Positions 24,789 through 36,805 of a stretch of DNA of 64,000 bases are shown here, in pieces. The stretch spans positions 11,528,587-11,592,586 of the forward strand of contig CM120648.1 of assembly GCA_051362555.1 (NCBI GenBank), read 5' to 3'. The notes beneath the pieces were generated by a model, which saw only the letters and a program-made list of their open reading frames with translations, searched no databases and had not been told where the DNA came from. This DNA comes from Lingula anatina (Eukaryota; Animalia; Brachiopoda). Position numbers and translations under genes: made by a program. Every line of letters begins with the position of its first letter. Positions within the stretch are counted from its first letter, which is position 1.

Positions 24789-26025
24789 CAATAAGATTAC
24801 AGTTTCAGGACCATGAGAGTTCAAATTCACATAATGAAAATCCCAATATCCGAAAAAAGATAACAGTGCATAAAATAATATTACATAATGTTTAAAGACA
24901 TAAAAACCAATGCAACTGCTTATGTGGAAATACAGAAAATGTGAAGAGCTTCAGGTGGATGGGAGCTGAAAATGCCAGTGTTTGAAAAATGATTAAAAAA
25001 AAAACACAACAAAAATATTCCAATAAAGCTGCTATTCAAACTTTTAATCTTGCTGTATTAACATGATATGAATAACCCCAATGTGTTTGAGGATAATACA
25101 GCATTAATGTTGGCGTTACACAATTTTTTTTTCTTTTGTAAACTTATTTGCAATATTAAACAATATTTACCTGCAAAATATTAATTATCACCAATTCCTA
25201 ATTATGTGACACAGTTAAGAGAGCTTTACCTTTACTGGGAAATCTCAACGTGTGTTTTATGTAATCCTATTTAATGGGCACTTGGAAATTAATTAGGCAA
25301 GTAATTTTATAGCTCTGAATTTAGCTTGTGACTACCCCAAGGGACAATTACCACCATCCATAAACAGTAGCCCCATAGAGCACTCTATAGAGCTGCATTG
25401 CTTCCAAAACAGAAAAACAATCACACTGATTTTCCAACACAAACTGCACTTCAGTGAAACTTTTCAGTAAGTTTGAGTATCATAAGCAACATGGTTTTTC
25501 CTTAATGGTCATTCCGGCAGCGATGTCCAAAATAGGGTTTTCTTCAACTTTTATCCAATATAACATAATGATCATCAATTTTTAATAATAAAATAAAAGT
25601 ATCATGGATATTCAGAAAATGTGACATGGAAAGGTCTTCAAGGCCATGGAAGTTCAGAGTCACACCTTCAAAATGCCAAAATGTAAACGAGATGACTGTA
25701 CTGAAATGATTTTCTTTCCACTTTCAACACTTTTTTTTACATATAACAAAATAATCAATTTACTGTCATTTTTAAATGAACAACTAAAAAAATTGATGAC
25801 ATAGGAAAAATATCAATAGAACAATTTTAAATGTCCAATTTGCTCCATTCTGAGATTCTGAACATGGTGAATGATTGAATCTTACAAACTGTAAAGATAA
25901 GTTTATTTCCATTTTTTGACACTTTATAACACAATGCACAATAACAGGTTTACCATCATTTTTATATAATCAACTCACAATATTAAGATGTAGAAAATGT
26001 CAAAGGAACACCTTTACATATTTAA

Positions 26026-28947
26026 CTAGAGGATCAGAGAGGCGATACCGCCTCCGAATATTGTACCACCAGCTGGAGCAAGCGCATTTGTATAGACCCC
26101 CACATACACAAAGTAAGGGACACAGCCACCAGTTTTGTGCTTGACAAGCTGTAAAAATGCAATCAACAAGAATTTTCAAAATATGCAAAAAATATATATA
26201 ACTTAAAATGGTACAATCAAAGTGAATTCATCGTAAGGTAGGTCAAAGGTCAATTTCAAGGTCACAGTAAATTGCCAGTATATGACTTCCTATTCAAGTT
26301 TAATAGTAACTATGGACCTATCTCTGCCAGTTTTGGAGATAAAAGGGAAGCAAAATTCGCAAAGTTCAGTTCATGGTGAAAAGTAGGCCAAAGGTCAATT
26401 TTAAGGTCACATTTAGATTGCCAGTATATGACTTCCTATTCAAGTTCAATAGTAACTATGGACCTATCTCTGCCAGTTTTGGAGATAAAAGGGAAGCAAA
26501 ATTTGCAAAGTTCAGTTCATGGTGAAAAGTAGGTCAAAGGTCAATTTCAAGGTCACAGTAAGATTGCCAGTATATGACTTCCTATTCAACTTCAATAGTA
26601 ACTATGGACCTATCTCTGCCAGTTTTGGAGATATAAGGGACTAAATGTTATAATTTTGGAGTTACCATAATGTGCCATAAATTTCCTACAGAAAAAATTA
26701 ATTAAAATAAAGAAAAGGTCATTTTGGTCAAAATTCTTGAAATGGGAGGTGTTCTGAAGTTCGAGATGTTCAAATTTGATGATATAATGTCATTTTCGAC
26801 CACGAGTTGTCTGCTTTGCCAAGCCTTATGTTTTATTTTTCTGGAGTTCAAAATTTATTATCCATTACCGTACTGCACATTTTGCTTTCACCACCAATGT
26901 ACTTTTTGATACAGCGTAACTTTGGAGATAAAAGGGAAGCAAAATTTGCAAAGTTCAGTTCATGGTGAAAAGTAGGTCAAAGGTCAATTTTAAGGTCACA
27001 TTTAGATTGCCAGTATATGACTTCCTATTCAAGTTCAATAGAAACTATGGACCTATCTCTGCCAGTTTTGGAGATAAAAGGGAAGCAAAATTTGCAAAGT
27101 TCAATTCATGGTGAAAAGTAGGTCAAAGGTCAATTTCAAGGTCACAGTAAGATTGCCAGTATATGACTTCCTATTCAAGTTCATTAGTAACCATGGACAT
27201 ATCTCTGCCAGTTTTGAAGATTAAAGGGAAGCAAAATATGCAAAGTTCAGTTCATGGTGAAAAGAAGGTCAAAGGTCAATTTCAAGGTCACATATAGATT
27301 GCCAGTATATGACTTCCTATTCAAGTTCAATAGAAAATATGGACCTATCTCTGCCAGTTCTGGAGATAAAAGGGAAGCAAAATTTGCAGAGTTCAATTCA
27401 TGGTGAAAAGTAGGTCAAAGGTCAATTTTAAGGTCACATTTAGATTGCCAGTATATGACTTCCTATTCAAGTTCAATAGTAACTATGGACCTATCTCTGC
27501 CAGTTTTGGAGATAAAAGGGAAGCAAAATTTGCAAAGTTCAGTTCATGGTGAAAAGTAGGTCAAAGGTCAATTTTAAGGTCACATTTAGATTGCCAGTAT
27601 ATGACTTCCTATTCAAGTTCAATAGAAACTATGGACCTATCTCTGCCAGTTTTGGAGATAAAAGGGAAGCAAAATTTGCAAAGTTCAATTCATGGTGAAA
27701 AGTAAGTCAAAGGTCAATTTTAAGGTCACATTTAGATTGCCAGTATATGACTTCCTATTCAAGTTCAATAGTAACTGTGGACCTATCTCTGCCAGTTTTG
27801 GAGATAAAAGGGAAGCAAAATTTGCAAAGTTCAGTTCATGGTGAAAAGTAGGTCAAAGGTCAATTTCAAGGTCACAGTAAGATTGCCAGTATATGACTTC
27901 CTATTCAACTTCAATAGTAACTATGGACCTATCTCTGTCAGTTTTGGAGATATAAGGGACTAAATGTTATAATTTTGGAGTTACCATAATGTGCCATAAA
28001 TTTCCTACAGAAAAAAATTAATTAAAATAAAGAAAAGGTCATTTTGGTCAAAATTCTTGAAATGGGAGGTGCTCTGAAGTTCCAGAAGTTCAAATTTGAT
28101 GAAATAATGTCATTTTTGACCACAAGTTGTCTGCTTTGCCAAGCCTTATATTTTTTTTTCTGGAGTTCAAAATTTATTATCCATTACCGTACTGCACATT
28201 TTGCTTTCACCACCAATATGTACTTTTTGATACAGCGTAACTCGAAAACCGTATGGAATACAAAAAAACGGAGACCACTTCTAGTGTTGGGCTTTACATG
28301 CTCTACAAAATGCAAAAAAGAATGGGTCTCTAGCGTTAACGGTTCCCGAATTAGAGACAGTTTTCAGTTTCGGTATCTTATGGCCGCTACTCCTGTGAAA
28401 ATGCACCGATTGACCCCAAATTCACGGAGATGAAAGATGACTTGAAGGGTAACAACTTCCAATAATATTATTGGTTAAGTCTGTGTGGTGTCTGAATAAC
28501 AGGGCAAATAATTTTTTTTTCGTAAAAAAATAAATTTTTTTGAAAATTTTGGCCCGTTTGACCTTGAAATAAAGGTCAAAGGTCAAATCCAAGGGCATAT
28601 TTGAAATCTACACATATGACTTTTGGAAAGCCGTCTGTAGAAATTTTTCCCATAATTCCTTCCGTAGGGTAGATAATTAGCATTTAATTTTGCCATTTTT
28701 AGACAAGGGTGCATTGCAATGAGTGTCACACCTAGACCCCAATACCGACAAAGCCCAAATTTTACGTGGAACGATTTGAGATTATAGGTGACCTAAATCC
28801 AAGAGATGGGTACGGGGGCCCTTACCGTCTAGGAGGAGAAGTGGTAACGGTAGCCGTCCGGCGGAGCCGCAGGAGCCGGCGGAGCCGGCGGAACGATCCG
28901 GACGGGACTAAAACCATGTGTACCGCCAGCGCTAACGCTGGTGGTAC
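26026..28947 (-). mobile_element. Second HINE-type element (family 2) nested in family 1
   Basis: AA flanks; stem-loop GAGGCG-ATAC-CGCCTC; 14-bp subterminal IR ATTGTACCACCAGC (26060) / GCTGGTGGTACAAT (28937); terminal palindrome 28919-28948; CGG/GGAGCC short repeats; absent from the homologous site (~54055) of the other family-1 copy. Confidence 0.88.
26215..27955 (+). repeat. 146-bp tandem repeat array (3 units + ~290 bp spacer + 7 units)
   Basis: GGTCAAAGGTCA anchors at 26241, 26386, 26532, then 26975, 27121, 27267, 27413, 27559, 27705, 27851; spacer 26631-26920 repeated at ~27951-28240. Confidence 0.95.
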
Positions 28948-29019
28948 AATTAGTTCACAAATGAGATTGTTAACATGCCTAAGAATTAAATCTGAATAAA
29001 AAACACTTATATACAAAAG

Positions 29020-29625
29020 AAGGCATAACTTCACCAAAACTGAACCGATCGAACTTATTTTTTAACTTCATCTGTATTTCAGTAAGACTGATCACCCCTG
29101 TGAATTTCAAGACAATTGGCCAATTGATTTTCCTTGAAATGTGTTATCGGTATTGCATATATGCTGAAAAAACAGCATAACTTCCATAAAATTGCTCCGA
29201 TCACGCTGATTTTCGAACTTGATCTGCGTTTTATGAATATTCATCAGTTCTGTAAGTTTCAAACCAAAAGGTAAAACGGTTTTTCACTTATCGTGTTATC
29301 GGTGTTGCATATATGCTGAAAAAAATGAAAAAATAGCATAACTTTCATAAAAATGGCCCCATCATGCTGATTTTTGAACTTGACCTGCATAATATGAATA
29401 TTCATCAGTTCTGTAAGTTTCAAGCCAAAAGGTAAAATGGTTTTTCACTTATTGTGTTATCGGTGTTATAAATATGCTGAAAAAAGGGAAAAAACAACAT
29501 AACTTCCATCAAAATGGCCTGATCATGCTGATTTTCGAACTTGACCTGCATATTATGAATATTCATCAGTTCTGTAAGTTTCAAGCCAAAAGGTAAAACG
29601 GTTTTTCACTTATTGTGTTATCGGT
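29020..29625 (+). repeat. ~161-bp tandem core repeat of HINE family 1 (3 similar units + 1 diverged)
   Basis: TATGAATATTCATCAGTTCTGTAAGTTTCAA at 29232, 29393, 29554. Confidence 0.9.
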
Positions 29626-30218
29626 GAAAGTGCACGGCGACGACGACAGACGCAGGTGATGGCTATATGTACAGACACATCTGTGTCTGTACATAAAAAT
29701 GACCTCGGTCATTGCCCTTAATACTCTGGTGCCCTCCTTAACTGTGGCTCTGTCTACTCTCTTTTCACTCTTTGGGAACCAGCGCATTGGCGAAAAGCGA
29801 GGCATGATTTTTGTATACCCAGTTATGATTTTGTTGTTTACACTTAGCTCCTGCATAAATTTCTTGATTTACGGTCTTTTCGGGAAACAATTCAGAAGCA
29901 CTTTGAGGTCGCTTTGCTGCAACGGAAAGTCAAGAAAAGTGGAACAAGCTGCGGGACGCAACAGAAATGAAGAGCCGGATAAGTCAAAGCAAGGAGCGCA
30001 AGCTATCATGAGCACCATAGGTTCTGCTTGAGCAGGAGAAACCAGCCTTCTGTAATAAGGTAAACTAGAATACGTTTGTTTGCCATTGACATTTTTTCCT
30101 CTCAATATTATTATCAATATTATTACACAGGTTGCAGAATCCAGTGTAACAAATGGTACAATTGTTACAGTTTTGTCCAGTAATGCCATGGAAATATATA
30201 TGGAACCAAGGTCGTTAG

Positions 30219-30340
<122 letters not shown>

Positions 30341-30406
30341 CAAGCCTACTCTGATACCCTGACTATAAAAAGTAAGCTCAGCGATAAAAATTTTCTTTCT
30401 TTCTTT

Positions 30407-30504
30407 CCCAGCAGGCAAACGACATTGATTCTACGTTGATTCAACGTTGATCCACCAAAATTAACGTTGATTCAACGGTGAATCAATGCCGTTTGTCTGC
30501 TGGG
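30407..30504. mobile_element. ~98-bp hairpin MITE (CCCAGCAG termini); duplicate at ~49331-49428
   Basis: CCCAGCAGGCAAACG...CGTTTGTCTGCTGGG with internal CAACGTTG subrepeats and TT flanks. Confidence 0.75.
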
Positions 30505-30548
30505 TTGGTAAAATGAACATGCTCCTACGGTAGTGATTGTCTCAAAGA

Positions 30549-30592
<44 letters not shown>

Positions 30593-31784
30593 CTTCTTTA
30601 CAAAAAGTTCCAAATTTCTGTTTTTTTTTTTAAATCAGCCTGAACGAATGTAAAACAATTTAGTTTTTCTTCGTGTAATTTGGCTACGTTTACCTCTTAA
30701 CGGCAAAATCGTTATTTTGTTTTACTTCACATATGAGGAACGTATTATATTTTTCAAAATAAAGGTTCCTTTAAAGCCAGTATCATCATATAATTTTTAG
30801 TTTTTCTTTAATTTTCCGTTTCTTGCATGAGATTTGGTAACGTTCGCCCTATCAGTGAAAACCCGTATTTTTTTGTTTTTATTTCATTTTTGGATCGTTA
30901 CGTGTCAAAATCAAATCAAAACCATTTTTACATTCTCACAAGGTATCAGAAGTTATTTCCTGCAATAATGTCCCTATATTAGTGTATCTAACTAACAATG
31001 CATACCTAAATTACCAGACTCAGTTGTCATGTCATGTCTATAAGAAAGATAATCTCCTCCATAGTTTCTATACACATATCTTTATGACACTACAAATTTG
31101 TGTAATTGAAGTGTAAGTATGATGGTTGGCCAGAATTGCACAGAATATTGTGGAACGTGAAACTACTGAAGCTAAGCTCAAATAATCTGATATTTTCTAA
31201 AAAACCAGGCCATTTTAACCTGTAAGAAGGAACATTGTAAGTGCAGTTAAGAAGCTTTTTTCGATTTTAATTTAATCCATTATGAAGTTAGCTTTAACGC
31301 CCCATAACTTATCAACAATACAGTGATATAATTGCATTTCCCCTGTTTTTGAGGTGAAAAATGCTGAAATCCTAGAGAAAATTTAAAACTAAACTATTGA
31401 TATCTTACTTGTCTAGATATAACGTATATGTTTCGTTAAATGTCTTTGTTTTATACCGTTATATGTAGCAACTCTGCGGCATTGTATATGATGTCTCTCT
31501 GCTTAAGGCAAAATTTCCAAGATAATCACATATAGGTGTAACGCTGATTGTTGCAGCTAAAAAGTATGCAGCGATGCCCGTTTTCATTTATTTATGCATA
31601 TACTTTAGATTGCGGTTAACTGCTTGCTTGTTAAGGCCGTGGAGCACCATGCAATTTAAAAGAGACGTTCATTGTATAATTAACTTTAAAATTAGAATTT
31701 TGACTAGCTGAATCATAGTTCTAAACCGTACCAAATGGCACCGTTTGCAATTAAAAATATCAAAACAAATTGATATTTGAGAAA

Positions 31785-31857
<73 letters not shown>

Positions 31858-34140
31858 CATTCTTCACGTAACAATATACCGATGTTTTTTTTCTATCAGA
31901 GGTACCCGAGTGACTCAATCTTTTAGAAGCTTTCATGCTTTGTTATATGGTACCAAGTTACATAATCATCAAAGCTAGCAAGTTATTATTTAGTGGCTAC
32001 GTGCAAATTATAACTGCTATTATGACTGCCAACCAAAACTCGATGCCATGTTTAATCACATGTAAGACACTTAAAATGACGAATTATACATGCGCAATGG
32101 CAATTGCGACGGGATTTACTCGTTGCAAATAATAGCCTCAATACTAACGGTGATATCGCTAATATCGCGAATTGCATGTTTGGCATGTTATGTTATGGCA
32201 TAGCTTGTGCTTGGTCCCAGTTTGCGATGTTTTTGAGTTATGGAACCCTGGTGCTTACTGAAGCTTAAAACTGACAGTTTCATTTACAAAAAGAGTTTGA
32301 GTTGTGATCAAGTCCGCAGAGATGCTACACCACACACTGAACAAGCAAAGGCATTCTACAGATCTACAAATGTAAACGAAATGAAATTTTCCTATAGTAT
32401 TACTGGAAAATATGGATGTGAGGATTGTCACATATTGTGGTAGGCCTACAATTCAACTACTTTTTTTTTTGCAAATAAACATTTAATTTTATTAGTATTG
32501 GAATTAAATGTCCCATCAAGGCCTAACAATAAACAAAAAAAATTTAGTTAAAATTTGTCAATGTGAAGAAATGTGAGGGAGCAACAAGAGACAGTTGAAG
32601 TTTCCATTAGTTCCGAAGTAATTTGGGAACGGACTACGGTTGTCTTTCGACCGCCCTTGATCATTTGTGCTGGTCTCTGAAAATAACCCTGACTGTGTTT
32701 GTCTATCACAGATGATATAAATGGGTCATGGGTCGTCATGACATTTTGCGTGAGGAGGTAGAAGACGAGTTTTCATTTTCATCAGACATGGCTGTTTTAT
32801 GAAAAGGTATCGTCTTTCTCACAAAGCTCTTTGTTTACTCATTAAGAAAATTGTTTTATTGACAAATATCTTCTTTCCACCCAGTGTTATGTCATCAAAG
32901 TTATATTTCATGTGAGATTATTATTAAGGAACGTTTGTTTTTTTGTACGTACAAGTATATCAGATGCACCACAACTGAACGCCAACTATTTTTTTTTTTT
33001 TTTTTTTTTTTTTTTGGAAATAAACATTTAATTTTAGAATTAAATGTTCCAACACGGCCTAACAATAAACCACAAATTCCACTTCAGATTTGTCAATGTG
33101 GAGAAATGTGAGGGAGCAAGAAGAGACAATTAGTTTCCATTAATTCAGAGGCAGTGGTGGATTTACGGGGGTTTCAGGGGGGTCCTGACCCCCCCCTTCG
33201 ATTTCTGAAAAAAAAACACACCAATGGTTCTTGAAATTAAAATTTTAAGTGGCTTGATCATAGTTCTAAATCGTACCTAATGGCACAGTTCGCCCTCTAA
33301 AATACTAAAAATTTTTGGGGTCCTGTAGCGGGACCTGAACCCAACGCCAAGTTATGAACACTGCGGTGAAAATGTTAATAGACCGCTGTGAATCAGCTGA
33401 GACCTTGGTGGAAGTATTCGTTGACTGTTTAATTTCCATAGAAAATAGGAATTTGAAAAAGAATAAGTTGCTACCATATGGTGTAGTGCAATTATGCAAT
33501 GTTTTTAAATCGACGGCAATTTTGCTTTAGCCCTATAGCCTGTTTGACAAGAAGTCGCAAGTGTTTTTTTTTTCTTGTCTTTTAACAAATTCCATTTAGC
33601 AAATTGTAATTGCAATATACTGTATACTTTGTGTACAGTTATCCCGGATCGATCACTCGTCAAGCGATATCAGACAATTACTGTTAAGCCGACTTACGTA
33701 GTCGCTGTTTAGTATTAAGTCGGCTTTGAGATATAGAGATACCTTTGTTAATACAAACAATCTACCCGGGCCACAATTAGAACTTTTACCAGATATTCAC
33801 AGATATGTCTCTGTGTAATTCATGACATCCTTTACTGTGTCCAGTGCGAAATTTTGCAATGAATTATTTTCACTCAGCTGGCCTGTAGTATAGTTTAATC
33901 AAGAAGCATAATTTATGGTCAAGACCAATGCATTCGGAGATCACACGTGCACTGTGAATTTTAACTAAACTCTAAGAAAATTCTAATGTGGCTGAGGAAA
34001 CTATTCTGTCCAGTCAGTTTCTGTGGGTGACTTGAATTGCAATGTATGTGAAAAAGGCAATCGGTGTAGGCATCTAGCTGAAATAATAATAATTATTCCA
34101 AACATTAATGGAAATCCGTCACCTTTTTAATAATGATAAG

Positions 34141-34414
34141 AAATAAGAAAAGCATTCAATGCTAGCAAATCTCCGCTAAGGTAGCTTAAGTCTTTTTATA
34201 AATTTATTATAAAGTAGGCCCTATTTAATTATCTCATTAACTAATTAATTAATCACAAGCAAAATGGAGCCCATTTCTGACCTATCCTGAAAATTAAATC
34301 AAAATCCCTCCATAACCTTTGTATAATGTTGCTAACAGACATACAAACACGCAGACAGACAGACAGACAGAGACGCAAGTGGAGCCAAAAACATAGCCTC
34401 CCTGGTGGAGTTGA
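34141..34414 (-). mobile_element. Short degenerate HINE/pearl-like element (family 3); duplicate at ~54933-55203, fragment at ~45129-45168
   Basis: AATAAGAAAAGCATTC..CTCCGCTAAGG start, (ACAG)n tetranucleotide tract, AAAACATAGCCTCCCTGGTGGAG end. Confidence 0.6.
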
Positions 34415-35219
34415 AACTAATAATAACAATTAAAATATTACCAGTAAGTAATTCTATGGTGCTCGTTGACATGCCGGTGTGACAGGAATGGTAGTCCTAG
34501 GAATGGAAGTCCGGGTGTCCCACATGATTAGTACAGGTATAGGGTTAGACGTAGTATTGGGGTTAGTGTATAGGACTATATATAATGTCACCTGTACAAA
34601 GTAATTTGGGAACGGACTACGGTTGCCTTTCGACCGTCCTTGATCATTTGTGCTGGTCTCTGAAAATAACCCTGGCTGTGTTGGTCTATCACGAATGATA
34701 TAAATCTTCTGAAGTCATGGATCGTCTTACATGGCATGATATTTTGTGTGCGGAGGTAGAGTTTTCATTTTCATCAGACATGGTTATTTTATGAAAAGGT
34801 ATCGTTTTTCTCACAAAGCTTTTTGTTTACTCATAAAGAAAATTGTTCTATTGACAAAAATCTTCTTTCCTCCCAGTCTTATGTCAGTTATATTACATAT
34901 TGATAGATTATTATTAAGGAATGTTTGTTTCGGCGTACGTACATGTATATCAAATGCACCACTACTTGAATGTCTCTTGTTGAATCATCATCGCAAGGTG
35001 CATGCGCGTTCTACTTTCTTTCCAAAAATGTGTCCATTAAAATTAAGTAAGTTTCTCCTTAACGCCAAAGCATATCTAAAACTATTGAGAAAATTAAAAT
35101 ATAAGTATATACAGAAGTTCATTGTAAAATGTAGGTTATAAATTAAAATTTCATCCACGACGACAGAGACTAGAAACAGAAACTCGAATGGTTTATGGCT
35201 CGTAATTTTGTGATCAACA

Positions 35220-35255
<36 letters not shown>

Positions 35256-35391
35256 TAAGATAATTTTATTGACTTCACGTAGATAAATTTGTTACTTTCG
35301 AACCTCTGTTTTACTGTTGTATTCGTTTTAATTTATTATTCATTCATGTATTTATTTGTTTTTTATTCTTTATCATATAATAATAATAATA

Positions 35392-35427
<36 letters not shown>

Positions 35428-36709
35428 TATTTGCCACTTAAATTCCTTAAATCTTATCCTGTTTTCCATTCCAGATGATGTAATGATGTAATTCGGGGAC
35501 TAGGGATGCTATCAATTTCCTTTACATTTGATACCATTTCTCATTTATACACAATTAGCGTATTAAGACCGCAAATATTCTTACGAACGAATTATCTGGC
35601 ATCACTACCGAACTGAAGAACCTATTTCACCAACTAAAGTTACATGTAATTTCTTAAGTGACTCATGGTAACTCCACCATTTAAGAACCTTTACTTGACA
35701 CCTTTTTTGCCCTCCAACTGAGACACAGATATTTTGCTCTGTTAATATTAATCTTCAAGCAAGTGGGTTTGAAATTGAAGCACTGATTAAATGTAAAATT
35801 ATTACAACGATTTGTTTTTAACCATGCATGTAGCGCCAATGTAATGCGGTATCTTGCACTCAGCCTGCTTTGTCGTGATTCCTCTTGTTTGATATTTTAG
35901 TTTAAACAGTATACCTGAAACACCTGCAGATAGAACAAGAATATTCGAGACAGGGTCACATTACACATATCTCATGAGGCAATAAAACTTATGGTTTAAT
36001 TCAATTTAAAATAAAACAGCGACGGGCTACTTAATAAAAAAAGTATATCTTACGCAGTAGGAAGTTGTTTCTTTTGAAAGATGGGCCCATTTTCCCAAAT
36101 TAGGTGCGTAACTCACTGATTTAATTCTCGGAAATGTATCCTTTTTACGGTCTTTAGTCAACATCAGTCAAGTTAAACTAGCGCCATTACTTCAGCTGTG
36201 AAATTGTTCCCAGATAGTCCCTGAACTAAGTAAGAGTCATGTATGTAATTTATGTAAAATGCAAATTTGGAAATCGACATCATGCCTACGCCCCCTCAAA
36301 GTTACCGAACGAAGTAAACTGTAACAGTCGCTTTTGTAGATCAAACAACGCAACCCTCGACTTATTATTGGATGAGTGCCACAGTAAAGGGCAGTCTCAA
36401 GCTAACAGAGTGAAGCTTCCTTTAAGCTGTTGTAATTTTCCAACTCAGAAGTCCAATGCAAAAATAAGACAGGTTTTGGAGAATCATAAGAGTAATGCTT
36501 AACATTATTTGGACCCAATGTTAATAAATTATAATGTCAAGAAGTTATAATGTCAAGAAGTTAAAGAAGAGCAGAAAATTGCCGCAAGGTACCATTTACA
36601 AGACCAAAATTAAAAGTAGCAGCGTATCTGTTGTTGTATGGTTGCATGGTTTATACTTGTGTGACGTCTTTTAAATATCAAATGTCATAGAGAAGATTAA
36701 TTTCGCACC

Positions 36710-36805
36710 AACCCCATTGGTCAAGTTAAAGCCTGAGACGTTAATCGTCAGCTGCCTGCGCACACTGTATAAATGCATGCTCAAGTAAGACATGCTTTCA
36801 GACTT
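36710..36805 (+). promoter_or_regulatory. Putative core promoter of GPCR B1 (inverted CCAAT, E-box, TATA, Inr-like); duplicate at ~57510-57603
   Basis: CCATTGG 36714, CAGCTG 36749, TATAAA 36768, TCAGAC 36798 (~30 bp after TATA), conserved among paralogs. Confidence 0.5.

Larger units (their letters stand above)
24461..29694 (-). mobile_element. Non-autonomous Helentron-type element (HINE/DINE-1/pearl-like), family 1, with nested insertions
   Basis: Inserted in an A-run with 2 extra A; short stem-loop GGCAGC-AAA-GCTGTC; subterminal IR ATGTACAGACA (24481) / TGTCTGTACAT (29684); 14-bp-stem terminal palindrome 29666-29695; (GAC)n microsatellite; 161-bp tandem core; empty site at 48655-48663. Confidence 0.88.
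23674..30031 (+). pseudogene. Class A GPCR copy A1 (FMRFamide-receptor-like/chemoreceptor-like), interrupted in ICL3 by a 5.2 kb insertion; halves 23674-24459 and 29696-30031
   Basis: LAVAD, DRY and NFLIY motifs; joining ..HRTLI|KMTSVIAL.. reproduces the contiguous sequence of paralog 47897-48994. The ORF track starts at 23569, but GCCATG 23674 (MNTT) is the likelier start. Confidence 0.9.

Noticed and set aside
26215-27955. CRISPR-like array
   Set aside because: Units are contiguous near-identical 146-mers without unique spacers, there are no cas genes, and the context is eukaryotic.
28044-28999. ORFs inside the nested element as transposase or RepHel fragments
   Set aside because: No HUH, helicase, endonuclease or DDE motifs are recognisable; the element looks non-autonomous.
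24461-29694. The insertion in GPCR A1 as a spliceosomal intron
   Set aside because: It has no GT/AG ends (starts CAAGG, ends TACAT). The nearby acceptor-like CGCAG at 29655 is followed by a TGA in the receptor frame, paralogs are intronless, and the same element occurs intergenically.
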